Positions 1-10,500 of a stretch of DNA of 64,000 nucleotides are shown here, one piece after another. The position numbers and the translations under genes were made by a program. Positions within the stretch are counted from its first letter, which is position 1; the number at the start of each line of letters is the position of its first letter. The notes under the pieces were generated by a model. It saw only the letters and a program-made list of their open reading frames with translations, searched no databases and had not been told where the DNA came from. Origin of the DNA: Salinivirgaceae bacterium (GTDB lineage Bacteria; Bacteroidota; Bacteroidia; Bacteroidales; SZUA-534); NCBI GenBank assembly GCA_024405635.1, contig JAKSOL010000003.1:1-64000 (forward strand), given 5' to 3'.

Positions 1-345
1 GGTAACTGAATTTGGAATGGTTACCGAAGTTAAGCCACTGCAATCACGGAACGCATACTCGCCAATGCTAGTAACTGAATTGCCAATAGTAACCGAAGTT
101 AAGCCACTGCAATATTCGAACGCATACTCGCCAATGCTAGTAACAGAATTTGGAATGGTTACCGAAGTTAAGCCACTGCAATATTCGAACGCAGACTCGC
201 CAATGCTGGTAACTGAATTTGGAATGGTTACCGAAGTTAAGCCACTGCAATCACGGAACGCAGACTCGCCAATGCTGGTAACTGAATTTGGAATGGTTAC
301 CGAGGTTAAGCCACTGCATCCATAGAACGCATAATCGCCAATGCT
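1..345. repeat. Five tandem 69-bp repeats encoding 23-aa LRR units
   Basis: Near-identical units start at 1, 70, 139, 208 and 277. Confidence 0.95.
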
Positions 346-570
346 TGTAACTGAATAAGTTTCACCCGAATAAGTTACCGTTTCGGGTATTACAACATCA
401 CCTGTGTATCCGTTTGAATAAAAATAATAAGAACCTCGATACGAAACGCTTACCGTTTTATCGGTAGAAGATGTAATGTCGTAGTAAATGCCATCAACTT
501 CAAAATCGTCAGCCTTAGCCCCAAAACTGCCAAGACAAACAATGGCCACCATTAGTAAAAGTTTTCTCAT
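1..570 (-). CDS. BspA/TpLRR-type leucine-rich repeat surface protein (5' part; runs off the window start)
   Basis: My translation of the minus strand from ATG 570: [30 protein letters not shown]..., then repeated [23 protein letters not shown] units. Signal-peptide-like N-terminus. Missing from the ORF track because it has no stop in the window. Confidence 0.93.
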   Translation of the reverse strand, partial: MRKLLLMVAIVCLGSFGAKADDFEVDGIYYDITSSTDKTVSVSYRGSYYFYSNGYTGDVVIPETVTYSGETYSVTSIGDYAFYGCSGLTSVTIPNSVTSIGESAFRDCSGLTSVTIPNSVTSIGESAFEYCSGLTSVTIPNSVTSIGEYAFEYCSGLTSVTIGNSVTSIGEYAFRDCSGLTSVTIPNSVT

Positions 571-842
571 AAAATTCTCCCTAAATACGTGCCGGGCGCA
601 ACTTCTGTATGTTTGTTTAAAAATGTATATTCATAAAAAGCGTGGAAGTCTGTACCGGTTACCTATGACAAGCTTTTTACTTGCTTAGCGTTTGCCTTGA
701 GGCAACATTCGGCGTGAGACTTGGCTAAGATAAAAAAATATTGTTGAGACAAAAGATGGGTGATTATAACACTCAGACCCTCCCAATCGTATCATATTCT
801 CCGCATAGGTGTTCTATTGGTTATCACTCCCACCAAATAACT

Positions 843-850
843 TACCTTTG
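843..850 (+). promoter_or_regulatory. Bacteroidetes -7 promoter element (TACCTTTG)
   Basis: Matches TAnnTTTG immediately before ATG ATG at 855/858. Confidence 0.5.
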
Positions 851-854
851 CCGC

Positions 855-1844
855 ATGATGTTTGCACCCGATTATAGAACCATTTTCGACCAGAATAACC
901 GTTTTGCGTGGCTTGTTTTCGACTATCTCGACAAGATGCCGCAAGCCATCACAGCCGAATTGTTTGCCAGCATTGAAACGGGCGGAGCTTTAACCAACCC
1001 GCAGTTGTTTTGCATTTTGATGCAAGAGTTTATGGGGCTCGATGTGGAGAAAAATCAACTCCATCAAGTGTTTGACCGCGAGTATTTCCCGCTAACGGTT
1101 CACCAACTCGATGCTAACATTTATAAGCAAAACGACTACTACAAAAACATTGCAATTGGCGCTCAAAAATTAGGCAATTGGGAATTTTGCCTGTCGCACT
1201 ATGAACCGTACGAGGCTTTTGTGTGTAACGATTTGTTGCTAACTGCCGAAATGCGCGAAGTGCCGCAAATAGGTTTTTTTTCTGAGCCGTTCAGCTATCC
1301 AGCGGTGCATCAAAATGGGCGCGAGTGGATGGCCATTAAACCAAGCGAAATAGAGTCGATGCGCGAAGTTATTGACGAGGTAAAAGGCCGAGTGGTAACT
1401 TTTGGTTTGGGAATGGGCTATTTTGCATACATGGCAAGCCAAAAGGCTGAAGTTGAGAACGTTACGGTGGTTGAAACCGACGAACAAGTAATAAAACTAT
1501 TTAACAAAGTAGTGCTGCCACAATTTGCTAATCCACAAAAAGTTACAGTGGTTAAAATGGATGCTTTTCAGTTTATGAGCCAACGCATGCCGCATTGTGG
1601 GTTCAACTATGCGTTTGTCGATTTGTGGCACGATGCCGCCGATGGACTTGAACTTTACTTGCGAACCAAACGCCTTGAGCATCTTTCGCCACAAACACAA
1701 TGGCGCTATTGGGTTGAAAATGTGCTGCTTTCGGCCTATAGGTGGAATTATATGCAAAAAGTGCCAAAAGATTTGAATAACGACGACCTACTTATGCAAA
1801 TAAGCAATCAAAATTTGCGTAAAATGGCTCTAAGTGGCAAATAA
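855..1844 (+). CDS. Hypothetical protein with a C-terminal class I SAM-dependent methyltransferase / spermidine-synthase-like fold
   Basis: VVTFGLGMGY SAM-binding motif, VTVVE, DAF, FVDLW. Start moved to 855 because of the promoter motif. Confidence 0.6.
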   Translation: MMFAPDYRTIFDQNNRFAWLVFDYLDKMPQAITAELFASIETGGALTNPQLFCILMQEFMGLDVEKNQLHQVFDREYFPLTVHQLDANIYKQNDYYKNIAIGAQKLGNWEFCLSHYEPYEAFVCNDLLLTAEMREVPQIGFFSEPFSYPAVHQNGREWMAIKPSEIESMREVIDEVKGRVVTFGLGMGYFAYMASQKAEVENVTVVETDEQVIKLFNKVVLPQFANPQKVTVVKMDAFQFMSQRMPHCGFNYAFVDLWHDAADGLELYLRTKRLEHLSPQTQWRYWVENVLLSAYRWNYMQKVPKDLNNDDLLMQISNQNLRKMALSGK

Positions 1845-1929
1845 TCAACGTTTTTGGAGATTCATGCCAATGCTTTTGCATCGGTATAAAAAAATGCACC
1901 ATCACAAATTGTGGCTTGCCGCTTTATGT

Positions 1930-1962
1930 TAACTTTGCGACCGATTTTCGGAAATCCGAAAA
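1930..1962 (+). promoter_or_regulatory. -7 promoter (TAACTTTG) and 5' hairpin of the leuC operon
   Basis: TAnnTTTG at 1930-1937; inverted repeat TTTTCGGA/TCCGAAAA at 1945-1962. Confidence 0.55.
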
Positions 1963-1991
1963 CATTGATGTTAAACTACTTTCAATAGATT

Positions 1992-3383
1992 ATGGGAAAA
2001 ACTTTATTCGACAAAATTTGGGACGCTCACGTTGTTCAGAACGTTGAAGATGGACCAACACAACTATACATCGATCGTTTGTATGCCCACGAGGTTACTT
2101 CGCCTCAGGCGTTCGACACATTGCGCGACAAGGGTGTGAAAGTGTTCCGCCCCGACCACGTTTACGCAATGCCCGACCACAACACACCATCGGACCAACA
2201 AGAGGTGATTAACGACCCAATTGGGCGCAAACAAGTTGAAACCCTTGCAAAAAACTGCGAGGAGTTTGGCATCACCCACTTTGGAATGGGCTCAAAAGAC
2301 AACGGTATTATTCACGTTGTGGGTCCTGAAAAAGCACTTTCGTTGCCAGGTATGACCATAGTTTGTGGCGACTCGCACACTTCAACCCACGGCGCTGTTG
2401 GTGCTATTGCAATGGGTATTGGAACATCGGAGGTTGCTCAAGTTTTGGCATCGCAATGTATTTTGCAAGCTAAACCAAAAACAATGCGTATTAACGTTGA
2501 AGGTGAACTGCCAAAAGGAACCACAGCAAAAGACGTTGCTCTTTACATTATGGCTCAAATGACCACTTCGGGTGCTACTGGCTATGCTGTTGAGTATGCT
2601 GGTTCCGCTATCCGCAATATGTCGATGGAAGGCCGCCTTACTCTTTCAAACCTTTCAATTGAAATGGGTTCGCGTGCTGGTATTATTGCTCCCGACGACA
2701 CAACATTTGCTTACCTAAAAGGTCGCGAATATGCTCCAAAGGGCGAGGCTTGGGACAAAGCTCTTGCTGAATGGAAAAACTTGAAGAGCGACGACGACGC
2801 AGTGTTTGACAAAGAAGTTACTTATCGTGCCGAAGATATTGCTCCACGCATCACTTACGGAACAAACCCAGGTGCTGGTATTGCAATTGATGGTACAATT
2901 CCTACACTTGACCAAATTGCCGAAGCTGACAAAGAGCAATTCCTTGGAATGTTGGATTACATGCAATTTAAACCAGGCGAAAAACTTGAAGGTCACCCAG
3001 TTGACTACTGTTTCCTTGGCGCTTGCACCAATGGTCGCATCGAGGATTTCCGTGCATTTGCATCGGTAGTTAAGGGCAAAAAGAAAGCCGCAAATGTTGT
3101 AGCATGGTTAGTCCCAGGTTCGTGGTTGGTACGCAAACAAATTATTGAAGAGGGCATTGACAAGATTCTTGAAGAGGCAGGCTTTGAACTTCGTTTGCCA
3201 TCGTGCTCATCGTGCTTGGCAATGAACCCCGATAAAGTACCAGCTGGAAAATTATCAATCTCAACCAGCAACCGTAACTTTGTTGGCCGTCAAGGTCCAG
3301 GCGCACGCACAGTTTTGGCTTCGCCATTGGTTGTGGCAGCCAGCGCTATCACTGGTGTTATTACCGACCCTCGTAAATTGTAA
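1992..3383 (+). CDS. leuC: 3-isopropylmalate dehydratase large subunit
   Basis: [56 protein letters not shown]. Confidence 0.97.
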   Translation: MGKTLFDKIWDAHVVQNVEDGPTQLYIDRLYAHEVTSPQAFDTLRDKGVKVFRPDHVYAMPDHNTPSDQQEVINDPIGRKQVETLAKNCEEFGITHFGMGSKDNGIIHVVGPEKALSLPGMTIVCGDSHTSTHGAVGAIAMGIGTSEVAQVLASQCILQAKPKTMRINVEGELPKGTTAKDVALYIMAQMTTSGATGYAVEYAGSAIRNMSMEGRLTLSNLSIEMGSRAGIIAPDDTTFAYLKGREYAPKGEAWDKALAEWKNLKSDDDAVFDKEVTYRAEDIAPRITYGTNPGAGIAIDGTIPTLDQIAEADKEQFLGMLDYMQFKPGEKLEGHPVDYCFLGACTNGRIEDFRAFASVVKGKKKAANVVAWLVPGSWLVRKQIIEEGIDKILEEAGFELRLPSCSSCLAMNPDKVPAGKLSISTSNRNFVGRQGPGARTVLASPLVVAASAITGVITDPRKL

Positions 3384-3414
3384 TTCGTTGTTTAATAAAT
3401 AAATACGAAAAGAT

Positions 3415-4029
3415 ATGGCAAAACAAAAATTTGACATCATACAATCAACCTGTATTCCAATTCAGATTGACAACTGCAATACCGACTTGATTATTCCAGC
3501 TCGTTATTTGGCTTCAACCACACGCGACCCAAAATTCTACGGCGATGCCTTTATGCACGACCTTCGTTTTGATGCTAATGGCAAACAAGTAGCCGATTTT
3601 GTAATGAACCAACCCGATTTTTGCGAAGAACCAAAAGTTGGAGTTCACGAAATTATAGTAGGTGGCGCTAACTGGGGTTCGGGTTCGAGCCGCGAGCATG
3701 CAGCTTGGGCCATTGCAGGTTACGGCGTTCGCGTGGTTATTTCATCGTCGTTTGCCGACATTCACCGCAACAACTTGCTCAACTGCTTTGTGTTGCCTGT
3801 AATTGTTTCTGAGGCTTTTCAACAAGAATTGTTTGCTACAATTGCGACAAACCCAAAAGCCGAGGTTAAGGTTGATGTTCCTAACCAAACTGTAACCAAC
3901 ATTACAACAGGCAAAAGCGAGAAATTTGAAATTAACTCGTACAAAAAGTATTGCTTAATGAATGCTTACGACGATATTGATTTCTTATTGTCGAACAAAG
4001 ACAAGATTGAGGCTTTCGAAAGCAAATAA
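3415..4029 (+). CDS. leuD: 3-isopropylmalate dehydratase small subunit
   Basis: NTDLIIPARYL and NWGSGSSREHAAWA; follows leuC. Confidence 0.96.
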   Translation: MAKQKFDIIQSTCIPIQIDNCNTDLIIPARYLASTTRDPKFYGDAFMHDLRFDANGKQVADFVMNQPDFCEEPKVGVHEIIVGGANWGSGSSREHAAWAIAGYGVRVVISSSFADIHRNNLLNCFVLPVIVSEAFQQELFATIATNPKAEVKVDVPNQTVTNITTGKSEKFEINSYKKYCLMNAYDDIDFLLSNKDKIEAFESK

Positions 4030-4052
4030 ACTCATCTAAAAATTTACAAACC

Positions 4053-4094
4053 ACAAATACAGATGAGCGCACAACTCACCTGTATTTGTTTTTT
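4053..4094 (+). terminator. Terminator-like hairpin between leuD and cimA
   Basis: Stem ACAAATACAGATGAG / CTCACCTGTATTTGT (one mismatch), followed by a T run. Confidence 0.55.
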
Positions 4095-4108
4095 ATAGGT
4101 AACTGTTT

Positions 4109-5626
4109 ATGAAAATTGAAATAGTTGACACCACACTTCGCGACGGCGAGCAAACTTCGGGTGTGTCGTTTACTCCCGACGAAAAACTTACGCTTACCAA
4201 GTTGCTGCTTGAAGATCTTAAAATTGACCGCATTGAGGTAGCCTCGGCTCGTGTTTCTGATGGCGAATTTGAAGCAGTGAAACGCATTACCGAGTGGGCC
4301 GAACAACGTGGTTTTATTGACCGTATTGAGGTGCTTGGTTTTGTTGACGGCGAAACAACTATAAACTGGCTGAAAAGTGCTGGCTGCAAGGTGCTTAACC
4401 TATTGGCAAAGGGCTCGTACAACCATTGTACTTATCAACTCCGCAAGTCGCTCGACGAGCATTTGGCCGACATTCGCCATAGCATCGACCTTGCTAACGC
4501 CAATGGCATCAGCGTAAACATTTACCTCGAAGACTGGTCGGGGGGTATGCAAAATTCGCCCGACTATGTGTACAAAATGTTAGACGAACTTAAATCGTTG
4601 AACATTAAGCACTTTATGCTGCCCGACACATTGGGAATACTTAATCCCGACGACACTTACGCATACCTTTCGCAAATTAAGGCTCGTTATCCCGACTTGG
4701 CTTTCGATTTTCACTCACATAACGACTACGACCTTGCAACCGGCAATGTTTTTGCGGCAATTAAGGCTGGCATCAACTCGTTTCATGCCACTATTAATGG
4801 ACTTGGCGAGCGTGCTGGCAATGTCCCAGTTTCGAGCATCATAGCCATTGTGAAAGACCATTTTAACTACGAAATATCGGCCGACGAAAGCAAATTGTTT
4901 AAGGTGAGCCGAATGGTTGAAATGTTTTCGGGAGTGCGCATTCCTGCCAACAAACCACTGATTGGCGAAAATGTGTTTACCCAAACTGCTGGTATTCATG
5001 CCGATGGTGACAATAAGAAGAACCTTTATTGCAACAACTTGTTGCCCGAGCGCTTTGGCCGCCACCGCACCTATGCGCTTGGAAAAACATCGGGCAAGGC
5101 CAACATTAAAAAGAATTTGGAAGAAATGGGCATTGAACTCGATGACGAGGCAATGCGCAAAGTAACTCAGCACATTATTGAACTTGGCGACAAAAAGGAA
5201 ATGGTCACTCCCGAAGATTTGCCATACATTATTTCAGATGTGCTTCGTAGTCAATCAATTACCGATAAAATTGACGTTGTAAACTTTAACTTTAGCACAG
5301 CAAAAGGTCTAAAGTCAATTGTGTCGGTGTTGGTAAAAATTGACGGCGAACTATACAAAGAAGCAGCCTCAGGCGATGGCCAATACGATGCCTTTATGTC
5401 GTGCATAAAAAAAATATACGCCAAACTGAACAAGGAGTTGCCAAAATTGGTTGACTACAACGTGCGCATACCGCCGGGTGGCCGTACCGATGCTTTGGTA
5501 CAAACAACCATCACTTGGAAAGACACAACCGAGTTCCGCACTCGTGGCCTTGATCCCGACCAAACTATGGCGGCTATTAAAGCCACTATTAGAATGTTGA
5601 ACATTATTGAAAGCCGCAAAAAGTAA
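4109..5626 (+). CDS. cimA: Citramalate synthase (LeuA/CimA family, with C-terminal regulatory domain)
   Basis: DTTLRDGEQ, DRIEVASARVS (Leptospira/Bacteroides CimA-like), HSHND, NGLGERAGN; position after leuD as in Bacteroides. Confidence 0.82.
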   Translation: MKIEIVDTTLRDGEQTSGVSFTPDEKLTLTKLLLEDLKIDRIEVASARVSDGEFEAVKRITEWAEQRGFIDRIEVLGFVDGETTINWLKSAGCKVLNLLAKGSYNHCTYQLRKSLDEHLADIRHSIDLANANGISVNIYLEDWSGGMQNSPDYVYKMLDELKSLNIKHFMLPDTLGILNPDDTYAYLSQIKARYPDLAFDFHSHNDYDLATGNVFAAIKAGINSFHATINGLGERAGNVPVSSIIAIVKDHFNYEISADESKLFKVSRMVEMFSGVRIPANKPLIGENVFTQTAGIHADGDNKKNLYCNNLLPERFGRHRTYALGKTSGKANIKKNLEEMGIELDDEAMRKVTQHIIELGDKKEMVTPEDLPYIISDVLRSQSITDKIDVVNFNFSTAKGLKSIVSVLVKIDGELYKEAASGDGQYDAFMSCIKKIYAKLNKELPKLVDYNVRIPPGGRTDALVQTTITWKDTTEFRTRGLDPDQTMAAIKATIRMLNIIESRKK

Positions 5627-6330
5627 TGCAAAAATCGTCGGCCGAAAGCATTAGCCGCGCTTTTGACGAGCAAGTTGAGCGTTTCTCAAATCTTGAAACG
5701 GGGCAAACCACAGCCATCGATTCGCCATTTTGTATGGAAATGGTTGCCTCTGTTGCTCAAGCTATGCAGCCGCAATGTTCGCATATTATGGACATTGGTT
5801 GTGGTGGCGGCAACTATGCAATTAAGTTATTGCAACGTTTTCCGTTGGCAAACTGCATGTTGGTCGATATAAGTCCAAAAATGTTAGCTGCGGCAGTTGA
5901 GCGAGCCAAGTTAACTACTAAAGGTTGCGTTGAGGGCATGTGTGGCGACTATCGAAACTTGCAACTTGGCTCAAACTTGTTTGATGTTGTTACGGCGGGC
6001 ACAACCTTGCATCATTTGCGTCAACCAAACGAGTGGGAGAGTGTGTTTGCAAAGGTGTATGATGCACTAAAGCTGGGCGGGTTGTTTTTTATTAATGATA
6101 TTACAGTGGGCGAAACGACTGAAATTGACCAAATTATGTATAACGGTTGGGCGGCCCATTTGAAAAAGAATTTTCCTGACGAGTATCAAGTTTATCTTGG
6201 GAAATATGAAAGCGAAGATACTCCACAAACACTTGACTATCAGCTTAGTTTGATGCGTAAAGTGGGATTTGTCAAAACCGCGATTTTGCATAGGCACTTT
6301 AACTTTGCCACATTTGTTGGTGTAAAGTAG
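5626..6330 (+). CDS. Class I SAM-dependent methyltransferase (CmoA-like)
   Basis: MDIGCGGG, LVDISPKML, LHHL; TAATG overlap with cimA. Confidence 0.85.
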   Translation: MQKSSAESISRAFDEQVERFSNLETGQTTAIDSPFCMEMVASVAQAMQPQCSHIMDIGCGGGNYAIKLLQRFPLANCMLVDISPKMLAAAVERAKLTTKGCVEGMCGDYRNLQLGSNLFDVVTAGTTLHHLRQPNEWESVFAKVYDALKLGGLFFINDITVGETTEIDQIMYNGWAAHLKKNFPDEYQVYLGKYESEDTPQTLDYQLSLMRKVGFVKTAILHRHFNFATFVGVK

Positions 6331-6382
6331 TTCTTTCAAATTTGAACTTACACGCAAATAGTGTTCCTTAATTGCTTAGTAC

Positions 6383-6967
6383 TTAAACAATTATAGCTAT
6401 GGCGCAAAGCGCAAGCAACGTTGCCATAATTATGTCAATCTGCTTTTTATAATTAACAAACCATTGTCTGAGCCAAACGCCAGCAAGTAGCCAAACAAGG
6501 TTGGCTGTTGGGCCCGCTAACGTTAGTATGTAACCAACAATCAACAAGTCGGTTAGGTTGTTAGAGTAGGGAAGCACAAACATTGAAAATATGGTGATAT
6601 CGAATAGCAGCATTTTGGCATTTGTCAACTGAACAAACATTCCTGATGCGAACGAACAGGTTTTTGCTTCGTTTTCAGCCAAACCTTTGCTTCGATATAT
6701 GTTGTATGCCAGCCACATTATGTAAGCAGCGCCAATATATTTTAACCATTCTACGTAATCACCCATCACCGCGCCAATAAAGTGAGTGGCTATCGAAACC
6801 AATGTAACGGCAATAAGAAACCCACACAATTCGCCATACCACATGCGCAAAGCTGTTTTTTTTCCATACTTAAGCGAACATGAAAGAGCATATAGATTGG
6901 CTGGTCCGGGTGTGTAACCTACCACAAGTATATAGAGCAATAACGATGGCAAAAGTTGTAGTGGCAT
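6383..6967 (-). CDS. LysE/RhtB family amino-acid exporter
   Basis: TPGPAN, LKYIGAAY, QLTNAK motifs; hydrophobic. Confidence 0.88.
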   Translation of the reverse strand: MPLQLLPSLLLYILVVGYTPGPANLYALSCSLKYGKKTALRMWYGELCGFLIAVTLVSIATHFIGAVMGDYVEWLKYIGAAYIMWLAYNIYRSKGLAENEAKTCSFASGMFVQLTNAKMLLFDITIFSMFVLPYSNNLTDLLIVGYILTLAGPTANLVWLLAGVWLRQWFVNYKKQIDIIMATLLALCAIAIIV

Positions 6968-7003
6968 ATAATTTAACGACCGTTAGTTGAATGAGAAATC
7001 AAA

Positions 7004-7504
7004 TTATTCGTTAATTCCAAACATATCATCAAGCATTTTCAATCCGCTTTTGGTTTTGAATATGTTATTTCTAACCGCCAAAACAGCATCTTTTGGTTCG
7101 TTGTCTTCGAACAGATTTACAAGAAAATCGGCCTCAATGAGTATTTGATAATCTATGTCGTTGCAAACATGATAGGTGTGGTGATGAGCTACAAGCCAGC
7201 AAATGCGATCAATTTGCGCATTGGTGTAGCCTCCGATTTGTGTAAGCAAATTTTTGGCAACGGCAGGTCCTTCTTGCTCTTGAAGTTTGCCGTTTTGATG
7301 CCCAAATTTTTTTTCGCTTGCGCGTATGCCTATGTCGTGAACAAGAGCGGCACTTTCTAAAACAAACTGAATGTCATCGTCAAGTTTCTCGCCGCGGCCA
7401 ATCAACGCTGCGTATGCGTGAACTTTTGTAGTGTGCTGTATTCTTTTGGGGTCGCCATTGTCGTAGTTAATCATGGCGAGTGAGAGTTGTTGAATGGTAT
7501 TCAT
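7004..7504 (-). CDS. HD-domain phosphohydrolase
   Basis: H..., ALVHDIG, HHH, EAD motifs. Confidence 0.85.
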   Translation of the reverse strand: MNTIQQLSLAMINYDNGDPKRIQHTTKVHAYAALIGRGEKLDDDIQFVLESAALVHDIGIRASEKKFGHQNGKLQEQEGPAVAKNLLTQIGGYTNAQIDRICWLVAHHHTYHVCNDIDYQILIEADFLVNLFEDNEPKDAVLAVRNNIFKTKSGLKMLDDMFGINE

Positions 7505-7585
7505 ATCAATCGATTGTTTACTGAATTTAGTAAAATTACCATTGCATTTAAATTGCCGAGAGCCAAAAACTGCGCATTCAATTTG

Positions 7586-10500
7586 CTAATTCTCGTTTTG
7601 TTCAGCAAGGTCAACATTGGCAACGTTCAGTAATGGGAACGATACAAAGAACGAAGTTCCGCGACCGGGTTTTGAGTAGAACCAAATGGCGCCGCCAGCT
7701 TCGCTCACAATGGCTTTAACAATGGCAAGTCCCAAACCAGTTCCACTTTTTTTGGTGGTAAAGTTGGGCTGAAATAGTTTCTTTTCGGTTTCGGCGTTAA
7801 TGCCGCAGCCGTTGTCTTTAATTTCAACCGTTGCACGGCCTTTCATGTTGCGCATGGTGATTATTATTTTGCCTTTGCGGTTTTTTGGAATGGCTTGAGT
7901 AGCGTTTTTAATAAGGTTGTTAAACACTTGCAACATTCGCTCTTTGTCGGCTTGAATAAGCACAGCAGAGTTTGGCTTGTTGAAAATAATGGTAGTGTTA
8001 GGAGTTGATTGGTAAGTGTCAACACTTTGGCTGATGCGTTCAACAAGGTCAACCGTTTCTTGTTTGCCCTCTGACATTTTAGCAAACTGCGAAAAGGTGT
8101 TGGCAATGGTAGTTAAACTATCAATTTGCTCAATAATGGTGTTGGCGGTGTGCTCAAAACGTTGCTCAAAGTCGGGGTCGTTGTTGGCGCGCGACCGTTC
8201 AAGCAGCTGAATGCTCAACTTCATAGGAGTGAGCGGATTTTTTATCTCGTGGGCAATTTGTCGAGCCATTTCGCGCCATGCGCCTTCGCGTTCCGATTTG
8301 GCAAGTTTGGCGGCGCTTATGCTTAGCTCTTCAAGCATAATGTTGTATTCGTTAACAAGCTCGGCAACCTCGTCATCGCCGTGATACTCAACACGTTGGT
8401 TGCTTTTTTGCAAACCAATTTCGCGAATACGTTGTTGAACTTCAAGTAATGGGCGAGTGATGCGGCTGGCGAGCAACACGGCAAGCAACACACTCACCAT
8501 CATAAGCACTAGGTAAATGTTTATTACAGTTACAGTTATGTTAATAAGCTCTTGTTGTAGCGATTTGTTTTTTGCAAAGTATGGCACATTTAGGTAGCCA
8601 AGCAATTTGTTGTTTTGGTTGCGCAGTGGCGCGTAGGCCGAATAGTATTCAAGTTTGCCTATTTTTTCGGGATGCAAAAATTGTGGACGCCTATTGGTTG
8701 CCAGTTCGTGGTAGGCAATTGGGTGCATTTTTCGGCTAGTTAGTTGTCGGGTAAAAATCTCTTTTCGCGATGTGGCAACAAGGTCGCCAGCGCGGTCGTA
8801 AAGATTAATGTCGGCAAAAAATATGTTTGCATAAGCGGCAAGCGTGTTATTTAGTTCGCTCTCCGATATTCGTGCAATGTTGTTTGTGTTTGCGTATTTC
8901 TGTTCAAGTTCAACCAAAACCGAGTGAAGGTTGCTGGTAAGCACTTCGTTTTGTGTGCGCCTGAAGTTGTTAATGGTGTAGTAGCCAACGCTTAGCACAA
9001 TTACCACGCCCGATAGTATAAGAATGGCAACAATTGAAATCATAATCTTGTTGCGAATAGAGAATCTAATATCGAATAGCTTGGTGTAAGGGTTTGAAAA
9101 AATTGCCATTAACGATATTATTATCAGCAAGAAGATGAAGATTGAAGTAAACGCCACCAAAAGGTCGAATTTTGATGTAATTGGAGTACTTACAACGGTA
9201 CTGTTGTTTGAATCGGACTGATAAATAAGGTGTTTGTAACCGTTTGTTTCTACGGTAGCAAATTCTTTGTTGTTGGTGTTTATTAGTTTTTCAAACGGAT
9301 ATTCGTATGCACCAGCATGGCTTATTAGCTTGTTGTTCATGTACTTGGCATAACTGCACGAACTAATGTAGGGAGTAAAATTGCTTGGTTTTTCAAGCAA
9401 AAGTTCAGGGTAGCCAAGCACGTCGTAGTTTACTTTTACCGATAGTCCGATAAACAATGTTGCAAAACCTTGGTGCTTGCCCAATGGTATTTGCGAGCGA
9501 ACGTAGTAACTGCCTTTAGCAAGGTCGTTTATCCGGTAAAGTCCGGCAACTTGAGTTTGCTGTGTGTTGTTGCGAACAAAGCGGTTGTAGTACGAAACGG
9601 CGCTTTGCCCATCAATCATATCGTTTGGCTTGCAAATGTTTAGGTTAAAGTTGTAGCGAGTAAGGTAACCAACAAAGTAGGTGTTTTGCATGTGGCGACG
9701 CACAAGGTCAATGTCGTAGTTGGCAGGGCGTAGCAACTTTGCCAAAGTGGTGTCGGTTTTTATTTGAGTCAGCACATCGGCAAGTACTAGTTCGGCAGTA
9801 GGGTCTTGTGCTTGCGCCAAATTAACAGCAATCACCTTGCTATTTGCATCTTTTCGCTCTTCGGTTTCGTGGTGCATTAGCAAGGTTGAGTACATTGAAA
9901 ACATTGCAATGGCAATAACCATTGTTGAGTAACCTATTGCGTTGCGGCTACGCATATAGGTCCATGTTAGCAAAATGCAAGCAAAAGTGATGCAGGCATA
10001 AAAATCAAATGTTTGTGGCCACACCGCCCACCATGTTACTGAGGCAATAAAGCAGAATAGTATTATGCCTAAAGCAATTTTACCAAAGTTGTAAAACTTA
10101 AGTTGCTGAATAGCCGATTTGTCAAGCAAAAAAGCAAAACTTACAAACCAAAGAGCAACTACCACATTGCCAACCCAATTAAACGACGACATTCCTATAA
10201 TGCTGTAGTTTTCAAGTTGAAAACTTGAGTCGTGAACCAATGTTGTGGTTATGTAGTTGGCGGAAAAAAATACTAGTGCTAAAGTTAGTAACCACACAAA
10301 AGCATTGTTAAATAGACGTAAATGGCTAAATCTATTTATGCGAAGCATGTGAACTTTAAAGTAGTAAACAAACACAAGGTAGGCCACCAATGCGCTTGTT
10401 ATGAGCAAATCGCCTAACGATGGAAACAATATTGACGAGGCGTAAATCTCGGGCCTAAATATGGGTATTTGCAAATAGAGCGATAGTGGTAACCAAAACT

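Noticed and set aside
17-325. Plus-strand 102-aa repetitive ORF (MVTEVKPLQ...)
   Set aside because: It is the antisense shadow of the minus-strand BspA LRR gene.
1-345. 69-bp repeats as a CRISPR array
   Set aside because: The repeats are contiguous, in-frame and coding, with no unique spacers.
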